DNA of 64,000 bases from Eledone cirrhosa (GCA_964016885.1 OZ024754.1:42284001-42348000); one strand, 5' to 3'; numbered from the stretch's first letter, positions 13,591-27,502 are shown. Numbers and translations: made by a program. The notes: a model not told the origin generated them from the letters alone.

Positions 13591-13621
13591 ATACAAGCTA
13601 TAGATTATATGTATATATATA

Positions 13622-13803
13622 TAAGTAGATGCCGAGTAACCGGGAGTAACCACAGTAAATAAGGTACTCAATACATAAGTAGAGTGAGAACAATGAAAAT
13701 TTAATATAGAAATGGCTTCTACAAGACTAGAACTGTTTCATTCTGGGTGGTTTCATATGAATGAAACAGTTCTAGTCCTGTAGAAGCCATTTCTATATTA
13801 AAT
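13622..13803. mobile_element. Palindromic element remnant in (TA)n, probably Penelope-like pLTR
   Basis: 45-bp inverted arms at 13699-13803 containing GAAAC-AGTTCTA-GTC. The flank motif is shared with 6563-6770. Confidence 0.5.
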
Positions 13804-13903
13804 CTTTGTTTTTTATATATGTATGTATTTATGTATATGTATGCATGTATATATATATATATATATATATGTATATGTATGTATTTATGTGTATGTATGC
13901 ATG

Positions 13904-13970
<67 letters not shown>

Positions 13971-14324
13971 TTATGTATGTATGCATGTATATATATATAT
14001 ACACACATAAATACAGAGAGTGAGAGATCCAGTTCTAAATGTGTTGTGTGAGACCAAATGACCTTCTATAAACCTTACTTCCTTATGTTGTTGTTTTTGT
14101 ATGGAAATCGTTCAGTGACACAATTTCATTTGTTACCAAATTATTGGAGAAGCATTCTTTACCAGAGACATTCGTTACGAAACGGTTCGTTACCACAGGT
14201 GTTCATCAGATATTCGAGTTTATATGTGCAAAGACACATGCTACAACACTGACTTCAATTCTTTTAAATCAACATATGTGTGTATGTGTATGTATGTATA
14301 TATATATATATGTGTGTGTGTGTG

Positions 14325-14457
<133 letters not shown>

Positions 14458-14495
14458 ATAATAACTAAAAAATAGTTATCGCTCTACATGGCCGA

Positions 14496-14671
14496 ATATA
14501 ATAAATGTAATCTGAGTTTTTCAAATGTTAATAATATTATTTGATTCGTCTGCAAGAGCAAGAATGAGGGGCTCATTCTACTGACATGGCTTAAAAGAGG
14601 CTGTTTGCATAATTGCAAATGAATCAAATATTATTATTAATATTTGAAAAACTCAGATTACATTTATATAT
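14496..14671. repeat. Inverted repeat with arms of about 59 bp in (TA)n
   Basis: ATATATAAATGTAATCTGAGTTTTTCAAAT...TGCAA versus its reverse complement at 14613-14671. Confidence 0.85.
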
Positions 14672-14677
14672 ATATAT

Positions 14678-14721
<44 letters not shown>

Positions 14722-15004
14722 TATGTATGTGTGTGTGATAGGTTTGCTAGGTTATATTTCTGCTATAGTTAGATCTGAACTTTGTGATCCCTTTCATTAT
14801 ATCTAGTTGGTGTTTAAACCCCAGATCAGCACTGGTACAGCAGACTTACAATTAAAGCCATTCTGCTCATAAACTGTCCATTTTTGCTCCATAGACATAA
14901 TGTATCTGCGACCACATTATCTCATGTCCTTCCTTTATAGAGTGCAATAGGAATAATATTTGACTGTAGTAGTTTAATCTATGTTAAGACTGCTTAGTTG
15001 GTTA

Positions 15005-15705
15005 GTTCTATAGTGTGTTGTAGCTATAAACACTGTTCTATAGTGTGTTGTAGTATTAAGACTGTTCTATAGTGTGTTGTAGCTATAAAGACTGTTCTAT
15101 AGTGTGTTGTAGTATTAAGACTGTTCTATAGTGTTGTAGCTATAAAGACTGTTCTATAGTGTGTTGTAGTATTAAGACTGTTCTATAGTGTGTTGTAGTA
15201 TTAAGACTGTTCTATAGTGTGTTATACCTATAAAGACTGTTCTATAGTGTGTTGTAGTATTAAGACTGTTCTATAGTGTGTTGTAGCTATAAAGACTGTT
15301 CTATAGTGTGTTGTAGTATTAAGACTGTTCTATAGTGTGTTGTAGCTATAAAGACTGTTCTATAGTGTTGTAGCTATAAAGACTGTTCTATAGTGTTGTA
15401 GCTATAAAGACTGTTCTATAGTGTGTTGTAGTATTAAGACTGTTCTATAGTGTGTTGTAGCTATAAAGACTGTTCTATAGTGTTGTAGTATTAAGACTGT
15501 TCTATCGTGTGTTGTAGTATTAAGACTGTTCTATAGTGTGTTGTAGTATTAAGACTGTTCTATAGTGTTGTAGCTATAAAGACTGTTCTATAGTGTTGTA
15601 GCTATAAAGACTGTTCTATAGTGTGTTGTAGTATTAAGACTGTTCTATAGTGTTGTAGCTATAAAGACTGTTCTATAGTGTGTTGTAGTATTAAGACTGT
15701 TCTAT
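15005..15705. repeat. 27-30-bp minisatellite (GACTGTTCTATAGTGTGTTGTAG-TATTAA/CTATAAA)
   Basis: Two interspersed unit variants. Confidence 0.95.
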
Positions 15706-15762
15706 ATACAGGCCAGAGTAGTTTCTACTGATGTAGGAATGTATCTATACAAGTAGAACACT

Positions 15763-15998
15763 TTAACCCTTTCGTGACTATATTTCTAATGAAATACACT
15801 CTACTTCAATTAATTAATGAAGAATTTTGAGTGATTTACTAAAATTATTATTTCATTATTAAGATAGTAACTTAATGTGAGGTTCTTATAGAAAATTATG
15901 TCGGAAGATTTTTTATTTAAATTGGAAACCTTTAAAATGGGTGGTTTTATTTCATAGAACCAGAGCTGGTTTGGGCCAGATTGGTAACTAAAGGGTTA
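15763..15998. mobile_element. Second TTAA/CCCTT-terminated MITE family
   Basis: TTAACCCTTTCG...TAAAGGGTTA termini. Related interiors at about 18860-19210, 24525-24760, 30877-31120, 34287-34465 and 52040-52302. Confidence 0.6.
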
Positions 15999-16499
15999 TG
16001 GTTATATATCCCTGTAAAAATGAAGGTTAATATTTCTGGGCTCATGCTAGGGTTCATTTTCATTATTGGGTCCTTTTTGAGGAAATGTTTTACAGCCAGA
16101 TGCCCTTCCTGACAAGCACCCTTCTAGTAACTTCCAGAATGATCTTGGTCCTCCTCTGTTAGCAGCAAATAAGGTGGTGTTTCCTTCAGCGTTGTTTTAA
16201 CATGTCCTGCTCTGTGAAACTCATTCCCTCGCTCTCTTAGCTTTGTTGCTTGCACCAAACTTCAAACATTATTTTGTTTTCTTGAGAAAAGGAAATGTAC
16301 TTTTAAATTTGAAATGATTGATAAAAATAAAAAAAACCATTACATTTTGTGTTAGGAATCTTGTATTGGGTGGGTGGGGGAAGAAAACAAAAAGAATTGT
16401 TTGAAACCGACCATTTTTGATAGATGTTTTTAACAATTTTCTGTGATATGGCATTTTACTGATTGTGACCTACTAACCATGGTTGATTTCATTTCTTAC

Positions 16500-17078
16500 A
16501 AGATCTCCCTTATTTTTCATCTTACACACAAACCAACATCTCCCTTATTTTTCATCTTACACACAAACCAACATCTCCCTTATTTTTCATCTGACACACA
16601 AACCAAGATCTCCCTTATTTTTCATCTGACATCGAAACCAAGATCTCCCATATTTTTCATCTGACACACAAACCAAGATTTCCCTTATTTTTCATCTGAC
16701 ATCGAAACCAAGATCTCCCATATTTTTCATCTGACACACAAACCAACATCTCCCTTATTTTTCATCTGACACACAAACCAACATCTCCCTTATTTTTCAT
16801 CTGACACACAAACCAAGATCTCCCTTATTTTTCATCTTACACACAAACCAAGATCTCCCTTATTTTTCATCTTACACACAAACCAAGATCTCCCATATTT
16901 CTCATCTGACACCCAAACCAAGATCTCCCATATTTCTCATCTGACACACAAACCAAGATCTCCCTTATTTCTCATCTGACACACAAACCAAGATCTCCCT
17001 TATTTCTCATCTGACACACAAACCAAGATCTCCCTTATTTCTCATCTGACACACAAACCAAGATCTCCCTTATTTCTC
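16500..17078. repeat. 35-bp minisatellite, about 16 copies
   Basis: ACACACAAACCAAGATCTCCCTTATTTTTCATCTG in tandem. Confidence 0.95.
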
Positions 17079-18221
17079 AACAACAACAAACCTTATCTTT
17101 TCTGATTGATCTCAATAATAATAATAACTCTCTAATCTTTGAAAGTCTTTCACCTTCGTCTCCAGTTTTTCTTCATTAATGTTTGCCAAATTTAATCAAA
17201 TAAATTCATGCATCAGTGTACTTCTGGCATGATTGCATGCTCTTGTGAATCTGCATTTTGATGGTTTGTATTCCTATTCCATACGAAAAGCCTGTTTTAT
17301 CTATCAGATCACATTAATTAACAAACCTTGTGAACCTTACACGAAATATTGCACTCTTTGTTCACTTGTTTGGGATTTTTTTTTTTTTTTTTTTTTCAAA
17401 TTAGTTTTTAAATAGATTCTTTCAATTATCTTTTTTTTTTTATAATTATATATTAAGGGTGTTACCAACATTTTTCTTTATACACACACATACACACATA
17501 TATATATATATATAAATGTCACACACTGTAAATGTGGTTGACGTTAGGAAGGGCATCCAGCCATAGAAACCAAGTCAAAATCTGCCCTGGGTGAGCTAAA
17601 CATGGTCCTCTCACCTGATTCTCTCCCTAAGGGTCAACCCATCCTACTCATACTAGTGTGGAAAATGAATGTTAAACGTTTATGGTGATGATGAGATATA
17701 TATACACACATATGAATATATAGCTCTCTCTTGAACTATATATTCACACACCAGCTCTCCCTTGAACTCTCTCACACACCACCAGCTCTCCCTTGAACTC
17801 TCTCACACACCACCAGCTCTCTCTTTCACTCACACGCACACATACACCAGCTCACACACCAGCTCACACACACACACCACCAACTCTCCTTTATATACAC
17901 ACCAGCTCTCTCTTATACACACACCAGCTCTCTCTTCCACACACACACATACACCAGCTCACACACACACACCACCACCAGCTCTCCTTTATATACACAC
18001 CAGTTCTCAATTATTCACTCCAAAACAACCTACATCCATTCATAGTCACAGTAGGACATCTCATTCTTGTTCTAGTTTACAATGAGGATTTTCTATAGAA
18101 ATATATTTGATCTTTTAAATATTCTCTCTTAGTATTCTATATTGTCTCATTATGGATTTTATATTTATTACATGAGACGACTTTATTATTTGTTCAAAGA
18201 CAAAATTGACTTGTTTTTTGT

Positions 18222-18263
<42 letters not shown>

Positions 18264-18707
18264 GGGGGGGGGGGCTCTATTCTTTATTATAATGTTCATA
18301 TTTGGCTCATCTTCAATAGTCGTAGTGTTTGGCCCGTCATGATTGAACATTTCACAAGAAGTGAAATCAGCTGTTATCTTGCACTCCAAGTTTATCTTTA
18401 ACAGCTTCTCTCGAGTAAGCTACTACTACTACTAGTACTACTGCTACTACTAGTACTATAACTACTACTGCTATTGCTATATATGATCCAAATACCCCCA
18501 CCTGTCTGGCTTCAGGCCAACTTTGATCTCTTCTGGCAAACAAAAGCAGACCAAATGATACATTGTGTAATGAAAGTACAGCTATTGAATTCTTCAGTCA
18601 TTTTATATCAAAGGGGAAAAAATCATTCTTTTACACACACATATAGACACACACACACACACACGTATAGACACATACACATTATATATTTATATGTACA
18701 CATACAC

Positions 18708-18749
<42 letters not shown>

Positions 18750-18758
18750 CACATTTTA

Positions 18759-18800
<42 letters not shown>

Positions 18801-19479
18801 GTGTATATATATATACACACACACATACTTCACCATTGAAGCAAATTTAATCTAACTTTATCATTGCCATCATTTCTAATGAAACTCGCTACCTTTGATT
18901 TTCAAAGGATTTTGAAAATAATCAAGAATTTAGAGGAGTTTTAATCTGGTGTTTGGAACATAACTTAACAAAGGTTCTTATATAAAATAACTGATGAAAG
19001 TTTTTTTTTAGATAAATATAAACACTTTAAAATAAAGAGTTTTGTGTCAGTGAACCAGGGGTGTTTGGAACACAACTTAACAAAGGTTCTTATATAAAAT
19101 TCCTGATGAGAGGTTGTTTTTTTTTTAGATAAATACAAACACTTTAAAATAAAGTTTTGTATGATAGAACGAGAAGTAGTTTTGGGTAATTTAATATATT
19201 GAAAGATTTAAAAATAAAGAATATAAGTTTTAAAAAACCAAAGTCTGTAAACCAATGATAACAAGGGAATTTTGTTATATTAATATTTATTTTCTCCATT
19301 TTATGTGCAGACAATATCTCACCTCAATATTCATGTCTATTATTAAGGATTCTCTTTATACAACATTTTTATTTCTTATTAATTACTATTTTACTTGTTT
19401 TTTTATATTGTTGCTGTCATGTTTTTTATGAAAGCTTTGTGAATTCTAATTTCCAGTCATATTCTATAAAAATGGTTGC

Positions 19480-20040
19480 TTTTATGATACAACAAACACT
19501 GTTTATTTTAAAGTGTTTATATTTATCTAAAAACCTTCCATCATAATTGTATATAAGAACCTTTATTAAGTTATGTTCCAAACACTCCTGGTTTTATGAT
19601 ACAACAAACACTGTTTATTTTAAAGTGTTTCTATTTATCTAAAACCCTTCCATTATAATTGTATATAAGAACCTTTATTAAGTGATGTTCCAAACACTCC
19701 TGATTCTATAACAACAAACACTGTTTATTTTAAAGTGTTTATATTTATCTAAAAACCTTCCATCATAATTGTATATAAGAACCTTTATTAAGTGATGTTC
19801 CAAACACTCCTAGTTTTATGATACAACAAACACTGTTTATTTTAAAGTGTTTATATTTATCTAAAAACCTTCCATCATAATTGTATATAAGAACCTTTAT
19901 TAAGTGATGTTCCAAACACTCCTGGTTTTATGATACAACAAACACTGTTTATTTTAAAGTGTTTATATTTATCTAAAAACCTTCCATCATAATTGTATAT
20001 AAGAACCTTTATTAAGTGATGTTCCAAACACTCCTGGTTC
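19480..20040. repeat. About 112-bp tandem repeat, 5 copies, MITE-derived
   Basis: CTGTTTATTTTAAAGTG recurs at about 19499, 19611, 19721, 19833 and 19945. The unit is the reverse complement of the MITE interior at about 19000-19170 and 24525-24700. Confidence 0.9.
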
Positions 20041-20371
20041 AATTATATTGTTACCATATATATCACGTCCTAATTCTGTCATCATGTGATCCCATGTGAC
20101 CGTCCCTCCATAATTGTGATTCTGGAATATTCTGTTATTTACAATTAATAATAATACACACTTTTATATCACTATAGATAATTACTTTATAGATAATCAA
20201 CAACTTATTAATTGTTAATTGATTATTGATCGTTAAGGCCCAGATGGCTACTTGATAAACTGCCAATTTTTTTATCGGTGCATCCCTAATATATATATAT
20301 ATATGCGTATATATGTGTGTGTGTGTGTATATGTATATATATATATATATGTGTGTGTGTATATGTATATA

Positions 20372-20418
<47 letters not shown>

Positions 20419-20481
20419 GAGATAATAGATACATCCTTTTATAATGATACATATATACAAATACATACATGTGTATGTATT

Positions 20482-20551
<70 letters not shown>

Positions 20552-20593
20552 ATGATGATCTCCATATTTCAATCCCCCCTCTCTCTCTTTCAG

Positions 20594-20764
20594 TCTGATG
20601 ATGGGGCTGCTTCTGCTGCTGCAGGTGCTGATGGTGCAGGAAATGCTGCCCAGGCAGGGATGAATTCACTGGCTAGGCCAATAATACCTGGAGCTGAGAA
20701 CATGATGAGTGAGATGCAGCGAAAGTTGGCTGCAAGACGTGCCAAGACTGAGAACTCCTCACAG
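20594..20764 (+). CDS. ENAH: Ena/VASP exon with F-actin-binding (FAB) motif
   Basis: tctttcAG acceptor and CAG|GTACGA donor, phase 0/0, 57 codons. NMMSEMQRKLAARRAK matches the EVH2 FAB block (LMEEMNAMLARRRK in VASP). Confidence 0.93.
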
Positions 20765-21310
20765 GTACGAACCATTTCAAGCAAGGTTTTTTTTGGGGGG
20801 GGGTTTCCCCCACAAACTTGGCCTGTCCTTCCTCATTTAGTGCTGCCACCCAGTTCCAGGCTTTCAGACTGTGGTTCCTCTGTAAAAGGGGTTCGGCGTG
20901 GCCAACTGACCTATCCCTCTTCATAACGGTGCTATCCAATGCCATATTCTGTAGTTGGTGTTAGGAAGAGCGCATCCAGCTGTAAAATCCCTGGCCAAAT
21001 TTACAGTACTGTCGGAGCAAGCTACGGTGTGGCCAGATCTGGCCAGTCTTGTCTTCCAACCAACATGGATGACCTGTCTAACCCATGCAAGCTTGGAACA
21101 ATGGATGCTAAATGGTGGTGGTGGCAGTGGTTGTGGTGTAGTGATGATGATGACGACAACTATCATCATCCATTACAAATAAATAGGAAGGGGCCACCAC
21201 CAAAGCTCTTTCCAGGGCCCCCAAAACTGCTGTTCTCTATATCTTCAAATAAAATTTCAAGACCTGAGAATATATTTCAATTCCAAATGTTTCTTTTTCT
21301 TTCCCCATAG

Positions 21311-21435
21311 GAAGCAGATAGCAGCTCATCTTCTCCTGAAGTTAAAAAAAGTAGAGACAAGACTACAACTAATGGAAATGGGAACAAATTTAACCAAGCT
21401 CAGAATGGCTCAGAATCACCAAAGGTTACACAAAG
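21311..21435 (+). CDS. ENAH: Ena/VASP linker exon (EADSSSSSPEVKKSRDKTTTNGNGNKFNQAQNGSESPKVTQR)
   Basis: Long pyrimidine tract ending ccccatAG, donor AG|GTTCGT. Phase 0 in and phase 2 out, matching both neighbours (AG|A = Arg). Not in the ORF track. Confidence 0.85.
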
Positions 21436-21492
21436 GTTCGTTGATGTTAGCTTTTATTTTTATCTCTGAAGTCTTTTACAGTTCTACACTCA

Positions 21493-21845
21493 TTCTCTTT
21501 ACCGTGGTAGAACGACCAAGCGTGGATGAGTTGTGAGAGAAACTGAACTGTGTATAAGAGAGATACACTGTAGTGTGCGTGAGAGAAGACTGAGATGGTA
21601 TGGACATGTGATACGCATAGAGGATGACTGCTGGGTAAAGAAGTGCCAAGAAATCCCAGTGGAAGGAAGACGCAGTAGAGGAAGACCACAAAAATCATGG
21701 GTGGAGGTGGTGAGAGCAGACCTCAGATTACTGAAGTTCACAGAGGAGATGACGAGGGACAGTGACGAATAGAGAGATCCTGTGCTGAATAGGACCCGTC
21801 CCACCCTTGCAAGCAGGGAAAAGCAGACGTAAAATGATGATGATG
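21493..21845 (+). mobile_element. RTE LINE 3' fragment
   Basis: VRERRLRWYGHVIRIEDDCWVKKCQEIPVEGRRSRGRPQKSWVEVVRADL followed by a (TGA)n tail. Confidence 0.9.
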
Positions 21846-22597
21846 GCAGAATTGGTGTTGGTGTATATAGTTAGATTATTCTTTTACTCTTAGACTGGTT
21901 TCAGTCAGTCTTACAAGGCTGGCTATATATTCGACTGATATGTACCCTTATCGTAATTCTCAGGGAGATTCAGTGTCATAAGACTGGCCCTTTGAATTAC
22001 AGGTACAGTCCACATGGCTATATATTCCACTGACATGTGCCCTTATAATTCTCAGGGAGATTCAGTCTCACAAGGCTGGCCCTTTGAATTACAATTCTCA
22101 GGGAGATTCAGTCTCACAAGGCTGGCCCTTTGAATTACAGGTACAGTCCATTAAGAATCCTACAATTTTATGAAAATTAATAAATTTTAAATTTGTTTTA
22201 TGTTAGAATTTTTTTAATTTGTTTTATTTATTTTATTTACAAAGTGTTATTTTTATTTATTTTTGTTATGAAGGATTAATGCTGTTGTCCCAGTACCGTA
22301 AGTTTTGTGGGCTAATTTCCCTCCATTTTACCCTCTTCACTCTCTTAACCCTCCTCCCCTTTCAGTGACAAAGGAAATAAGTGCTGCTACTGTTGGCCCC
22401 TACTTTCTGAAACCCTTTAGCATTTACATTACTCTATATATACTATGGTATTTTCATGGTAGGGGGCTTTATCTTACATAATATCTCACATCTCTTGTCT
22501 CAAGTCTGTCTAATAATAATGTATTACCTGTAATACATTTCCCAATCAACATACCTACTTCATACAAATTCCTCACTAACTAAACACTATTATTATT

Positions 22598-22787
22598 GGT
22601 GGATTGGTAGTATCGGTAGAGGGTCGGACGCCATGCTTTGCAGCAAAGAGTTACGGCCCTTTATTATCTGAGTTCAAATCCCGCCGAGGTTAACTTTGCC
22701 TTTCATCCTTACGGGGTCGATAAAATAAAGTACCAGTAATACACTGGGTAATTGCTGGCCTTGTGCCTAAAGTAGAAACAATTATTA
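22598..22787 (+). mobile_element. OK-like SINE
   Basis: Family consensus with A and B boxes. Confidence 0.88.
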
Positions 22788-22879
22788 GAACACTACACTT
22801 AGTTAAAGTTCTTAGCATTCTGGGCTCAAATTCTGCCAAGGTCAGCTTTGTCTTTTACCCTTCTGGGGTCGATGTAATA

Positions 22880-23425
22880 AAATACCAGTCGAATACAGGG
22901 GGTTGATATGTTAAAGTACCAGTTGTAGTACTGGGGTTGATATAATAAAGTACCAGTTGTAGTACTGGGGTTGATATGATAAAGTACCAGTTGTAGTACT
23001 GGGGTTTATATAATACAGTACCAGTTGTAGTACTGGGGTTGATATAATACAGTACCAGTTGTAGTACTGGGGTTGATATGCTATAGTACCAGTTGTGGTA
23101 CTGGGGTTATGCTATAGTACCAGTGAGATACTGGGGTTGATATGCTATAGTACCAGTTGTAGTACTAGGGGTTGATATAATATAGTGCCAGTGAGATACT
23201 GGGGTTGATATAATATAGTACCAGTTGTAGTACTGGGGGTGATATGCTATAGTACCAGTTGGGGTACTGGGGATGAATGCTATAGTACTAGTTGTAGTAC
23301 TGGGGGTGATATGCTATAGTACCAGTTGGGGTACTGGGGGTGAATGCTATAGTACTAGTTGTAGTACTGGGGGTGATATGCTATAGTACCAGTTGGGGTA
23401 CTGGGGGGTGAATGCTATAGTACCA
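22880..23425. repeat. About 32-bp minisatellite derived from a SINE 3' segment
   Basis: AGTACCAGTTGTAGTACTGGGGTTGATAT units directly continue a decayed OK-like SINE at 22815-22900. Confidence 0.88.
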
Positions 23426-24000
23426 AACAACCCAATCATTTCTATATTTCTATAGCATGTAACTCTCGTCTCTAGTTCTGATATATTGGTCTTCTCTTCA
23501 ACCAATTCTCTCTTAACTGTCTCACTTCAAACAACAAATCTTTTAACATCGTACAATTTACAATTTCAATTTTCAGTTTTTTATAAATTGTTTCTAAATT
23601 CTCGCAAGCACATTTAATGTTGATACAATCTCGAATGGTAAGATTAGATGTTTATAAATATATTATACATGAGCGAGACAACCAAACTTGCCTCAGTGGA
23701 ACAATTCCCGTCTAAACCCATGCTAGCATGGAAGATAGACGTTAAACGATGATGATGATATTATATGAAGTGTTTCCATAGGCTACAGAGCTTTTTAGTT
23801 ATGTAATAAATAACATAAGATAATTTCATTTACCAAAGGTTTCATGAAGACAAACGAGCCTGACACAGACGTCTGACTTCGATTGTCAGAATCTAATATA
23901 TATATATTAGTAATAATAATAAATATGAAGACTAAAATCCAAAGAGGGCTCGATTCTTTGCTTAAATTTTAATCTGTTATTTTAATAAATAAATAAATAA

Positions 24001-24032
<32 letters not shown>

Positions 24033-24782
24033 ATATATATATAGGTGTGTGTGAATCCCAAGTTCAGTCGGAGGTAACCACATCAAGTTTAATATAGACT
24101 GGTTGACATCAGGAAGGGCATCCAGCCATAGAAACCAAGCCAGAAATAATTCTGTACGAGCAAGACATAGTCACCTGATCTGACTTGCCTCAAATGGAAC
24201 AGCTTGTCTAACCCATGCTAGCATTGAAGAATGGATATTAAACAGTGATGATAAGGAGATATATATTATAATTAGGTTTAATCTATGTGTATATATAATA
24301 TATATTATGTTATTCAACAAAGAAAGCTCAATGAACATTATGCTTAGAGTATCAATTATACAAATTTAAATGACATAAAAAATGTTTTCCATATATCAAG
24401 TGAAGAAGCTGCTAGTGTTATATACATATATTTAGAAACAAATTATAAATATACTCAAAGATAGAATTAAGCAATTTCAATCTTCAATCAATTTTTTATA
24501 TTCTCTATTTACATCTCCCTCTCTGTTTGGAACATAACTTAACAAAGGTTCTAATATAAAATTATGATGGAAAGTTTTTAGATAAATATAAACACTTTAA
24601 AATATACAGTGTTTGTTGTATCATAGAATCAAGAGTGTTTGGAACATAACTTAATAAAGGTTCTTATATAAAATTCTGATGGAAGGTTTTTAGATAAATA
24701 TAAACAGTTTTGTATGAACCAAGGGCAGTTCCAAGCAGTTTGGTATGAAAGATGTTATTAATGTCACTCTTTTGTTTTTCAG

Positions 24783-24928
24783 ACAAAAGCTTTCGTTGAC
24801 TGGTCAAGAAACTATAACTGTATCTAACGGTGGGGCTAACATTTCCGGTGATTTTGAATTATTGAAACAGGAGATAGTTGCAGAAATGAGAAGAGAATTG
24901 CAGAAAGTAAAACTTGATATAATTGATG
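24783..24928 (+). CDS. ENAH: Ena/VASP tetramerisation coiled-coil exon
   Basis: tttttcAG acceptor and G|GTAAGT donor. DFELLKQEIVAEMRRELQKVKLDIID matches the VASP tetramerisation domain. Confidence 0.95.
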
Positions 24929-24937
24929 GTAAGTTAT

Positions 24938-25425
24938 TGTCTATATCTACCTCTTACATCTGGTCTATATCTACCTCTTACATCTGGTCAATATCTACCT
25001 CTTACATCTGGTCTATATTTACCTCTTACATCTGGTCTATATCTACCATATCTCTCATACCTCACAGTTCATACCACTTACATCTGGTCTATATCTACCT
25101 CTTACATCTGGTCAATATCTACCTCTTACATCTGGTCAATATCTACCTCTTACATCTGGTCTATATCTACCTCTTACATCTGGTCTATATCTACCATATC
25201 TCTCATACCTCACAGTTCATACCACTTACATCTGGTCTATATTTACCTCTTACATCTGGTCTATATCTACCATATTTCTCATACCTCACAGATCATACCA
25301 CTTACATCTGGTCTATATCTACCTCTTACATCTGGTCAATCTCTCATACGTCACAGATCATACCACTTACATCTGGTCTGTATCACCTCTCTCATACCTC
25401 ATACCATTTACATCTGGTCTCTACC
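24938..25425. repeat. 24-bp minisatellite (TCTACCTCTTACATCTGGTCTATA) with higher-order spacer units
   Basis: Begins about 10 bp after the Ena donor site; explains the tails of ORFs 24745 and 24923. Confidence 0.92.
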
Positions 25426-26240
25426 ATAAACCTAAGATATCACTCCCACCACTATTGATATCATTGACGGTAAGTTACTAATCACAGTTCACATATCTCA
25501 CATCTACCTGTATCTACCATAAACTCAAGTTGTTCATAACACCACCATTATCACTATGGATCTTCCTGGTCCTTACTGCCACCACCATCAACTTACCTGG
25601 TCCTTACTTGTTCATTAAAGACATTCAGCCATAGAAAACTCTAAACAGAGTTGCTGCCATGATAAAACACACTCTGTAAAGTGGTTGGTGGTAGGAAGGG
25701 CATCCTGCCATAGCAAACACCAAACAGAGGCTCGAGGACTTGACAACCTCTCTAGTGTTGGTGCCACTAAGTACACTCTGTAAAGAGCGGGATTATATGT
25801 AAGCAAGAGGTGGGTTATTTAACCCTTTAGCATTTAAACCGGCTGTATCCGGCCAGAAATCTCTCACTTCTTTCTGATCAAACTGACCATAACCAGCCAC
25901 TCATATTGTCTATATACTTCAGCTTGTACCCGCGGGAAGTCGGGTCTGCTGTATTACTGCGTGACGTCACGGTCATGTGTCATTTGCCCTTGAGAGGTGC
26001 AATTGGGTAAGGTCGGCTTTTATCACCTCATCCCAGGTCTTCTTGGGTCCCCCTTAATAAATATATTTCTAAGATGTAATTACATGTGAGCCAGTCGTCA
26101 GTTATACGCAGAATTATTCCATTACTGGTCTGACACCAGGATTCCAGTTGATTTTAGACACCATAGGAATACTAATTTAAAAAAAAAAGATGATAATGTT
26201 GATGATGATGATGATAACAGTTCTCTCTTTCTTTTTCCAG

Positions 26241-26269
26241 CCCTTCGCCAAGAACTTAGTAACCGATAA
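26241..26269 (+). CDS. ENAH: Ena/VASP terminal coding exon (ALRQELSNR*)
   Basis: ctttttccAG acceptor. Phase 1 gives G|CC = Ala, completing IIDALRQEL, the conserved C-terminus of Ena/VASP proteins. TAA at 26267-26269. Confidence 0.92.
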
Positions 26270-26520
26270 ATATTGGATAGCATTGTTGAATGGTACTTTG
26301 TGAGTCGGCTGCCGCAGTCTGCTAATTAGAACTTCCCCCCCTACTGCTGTGCAGAGGACATTACACTGTGACAGACACAGACAGACAGTCACCTCTTGAA
26401 CTACTGGATGAAGAAAAAGAAGAAAACATTTACCAAAAAAAAATATATATATATATAAAAATGAAGAAATAACAAAACAAAACAAAAATCCCAACCAACA
26501 ACAAAATCAAATTATATATG

Positions 26521-26567
<47 letters not shown>

Positions 26568-26821
26568 ATATATGTTATATATATGTGTGTATATATATAT
26601 ATATGCATATATATATATGTATGTATATATGTTATATATATGTCTATGTATATATATGTATATGAATGTGTGTGTGTGTGTATATATATATTATATAGAT
26701 GTATGTATGTGTGTGTGTAAATATACATTATACATCTGTGAATATATATATATATATATGTGTGTGTGCGTGTATGAATATTTATATATATACATATATA
26801 TGTGTGTGTATGTATATATAT

Positions 26822-26861
<40 letters not shown>

Positions 26862-26930
26862 GCATGTATATATATTATATATATGCGTGTATGTAAATAT
26901 ATATTATAAATGTGTGTGTGTGTGTGCATG

Positions 26931-26961
<31 letters not shown>

Positions 26962-27467
26962 GTGTATATTATATATATGTGTATATACATATATGTATAA
27001 TATACCACACTTCAGACAGGCTCCAATTTAAACAATGAATAATAATAACAACAACAACATTAGGTTCCTTCTCTCTCCCCCTCACTCCCCCCCTCTCCCC
27101 TCTCTCTCTAGCTGGTTTAGTTGGGTCCCTTTACAAAACATTGGAGGACATTGTACTAGTAGAATTTTTTTGGGGGAAAACAGAAGAGACCAAACCCACA
27201 AAACCTAAAGTCCCCTAAAAGGCCATCTGGTACGTCTGTATTGTATCAAGTGACCCACCACCACCATTATTATTATTATCTCAATACTGCTGCTGTATGA
27301 CACAAAATGGCAGCCACTGAATGAATACTATCTATTTCACCAGACTATATATATACACCTATATATACATATATCCCATCTATATATATATATATAGGTA
27401 TATATATAGGTATATACACACATGTATGTATACACACATGTATACACACACATTTATACACTTGTAG

Positions 27468-27502
<35 letters not shown>

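Noticed and set aside
14165-14220. CTGATGA on - near GAAAC on +
   Set aside because: The two core halves are on opposite strands and no consistent stem I forms; at best a rearranged remnant.
17150-17295. Minus-strand exon-like stretch (CRFTRACNHARSTL)
   Set aside because: Contains in-frame stops and resembles a decayed LINE ORF2.
18186-18535. Short minus-strand ORF and AG/GT-bounded segment inside an Ena intron
   Set aside because: Weak donor, no homology recognised, and no phase-consistent partner exon.
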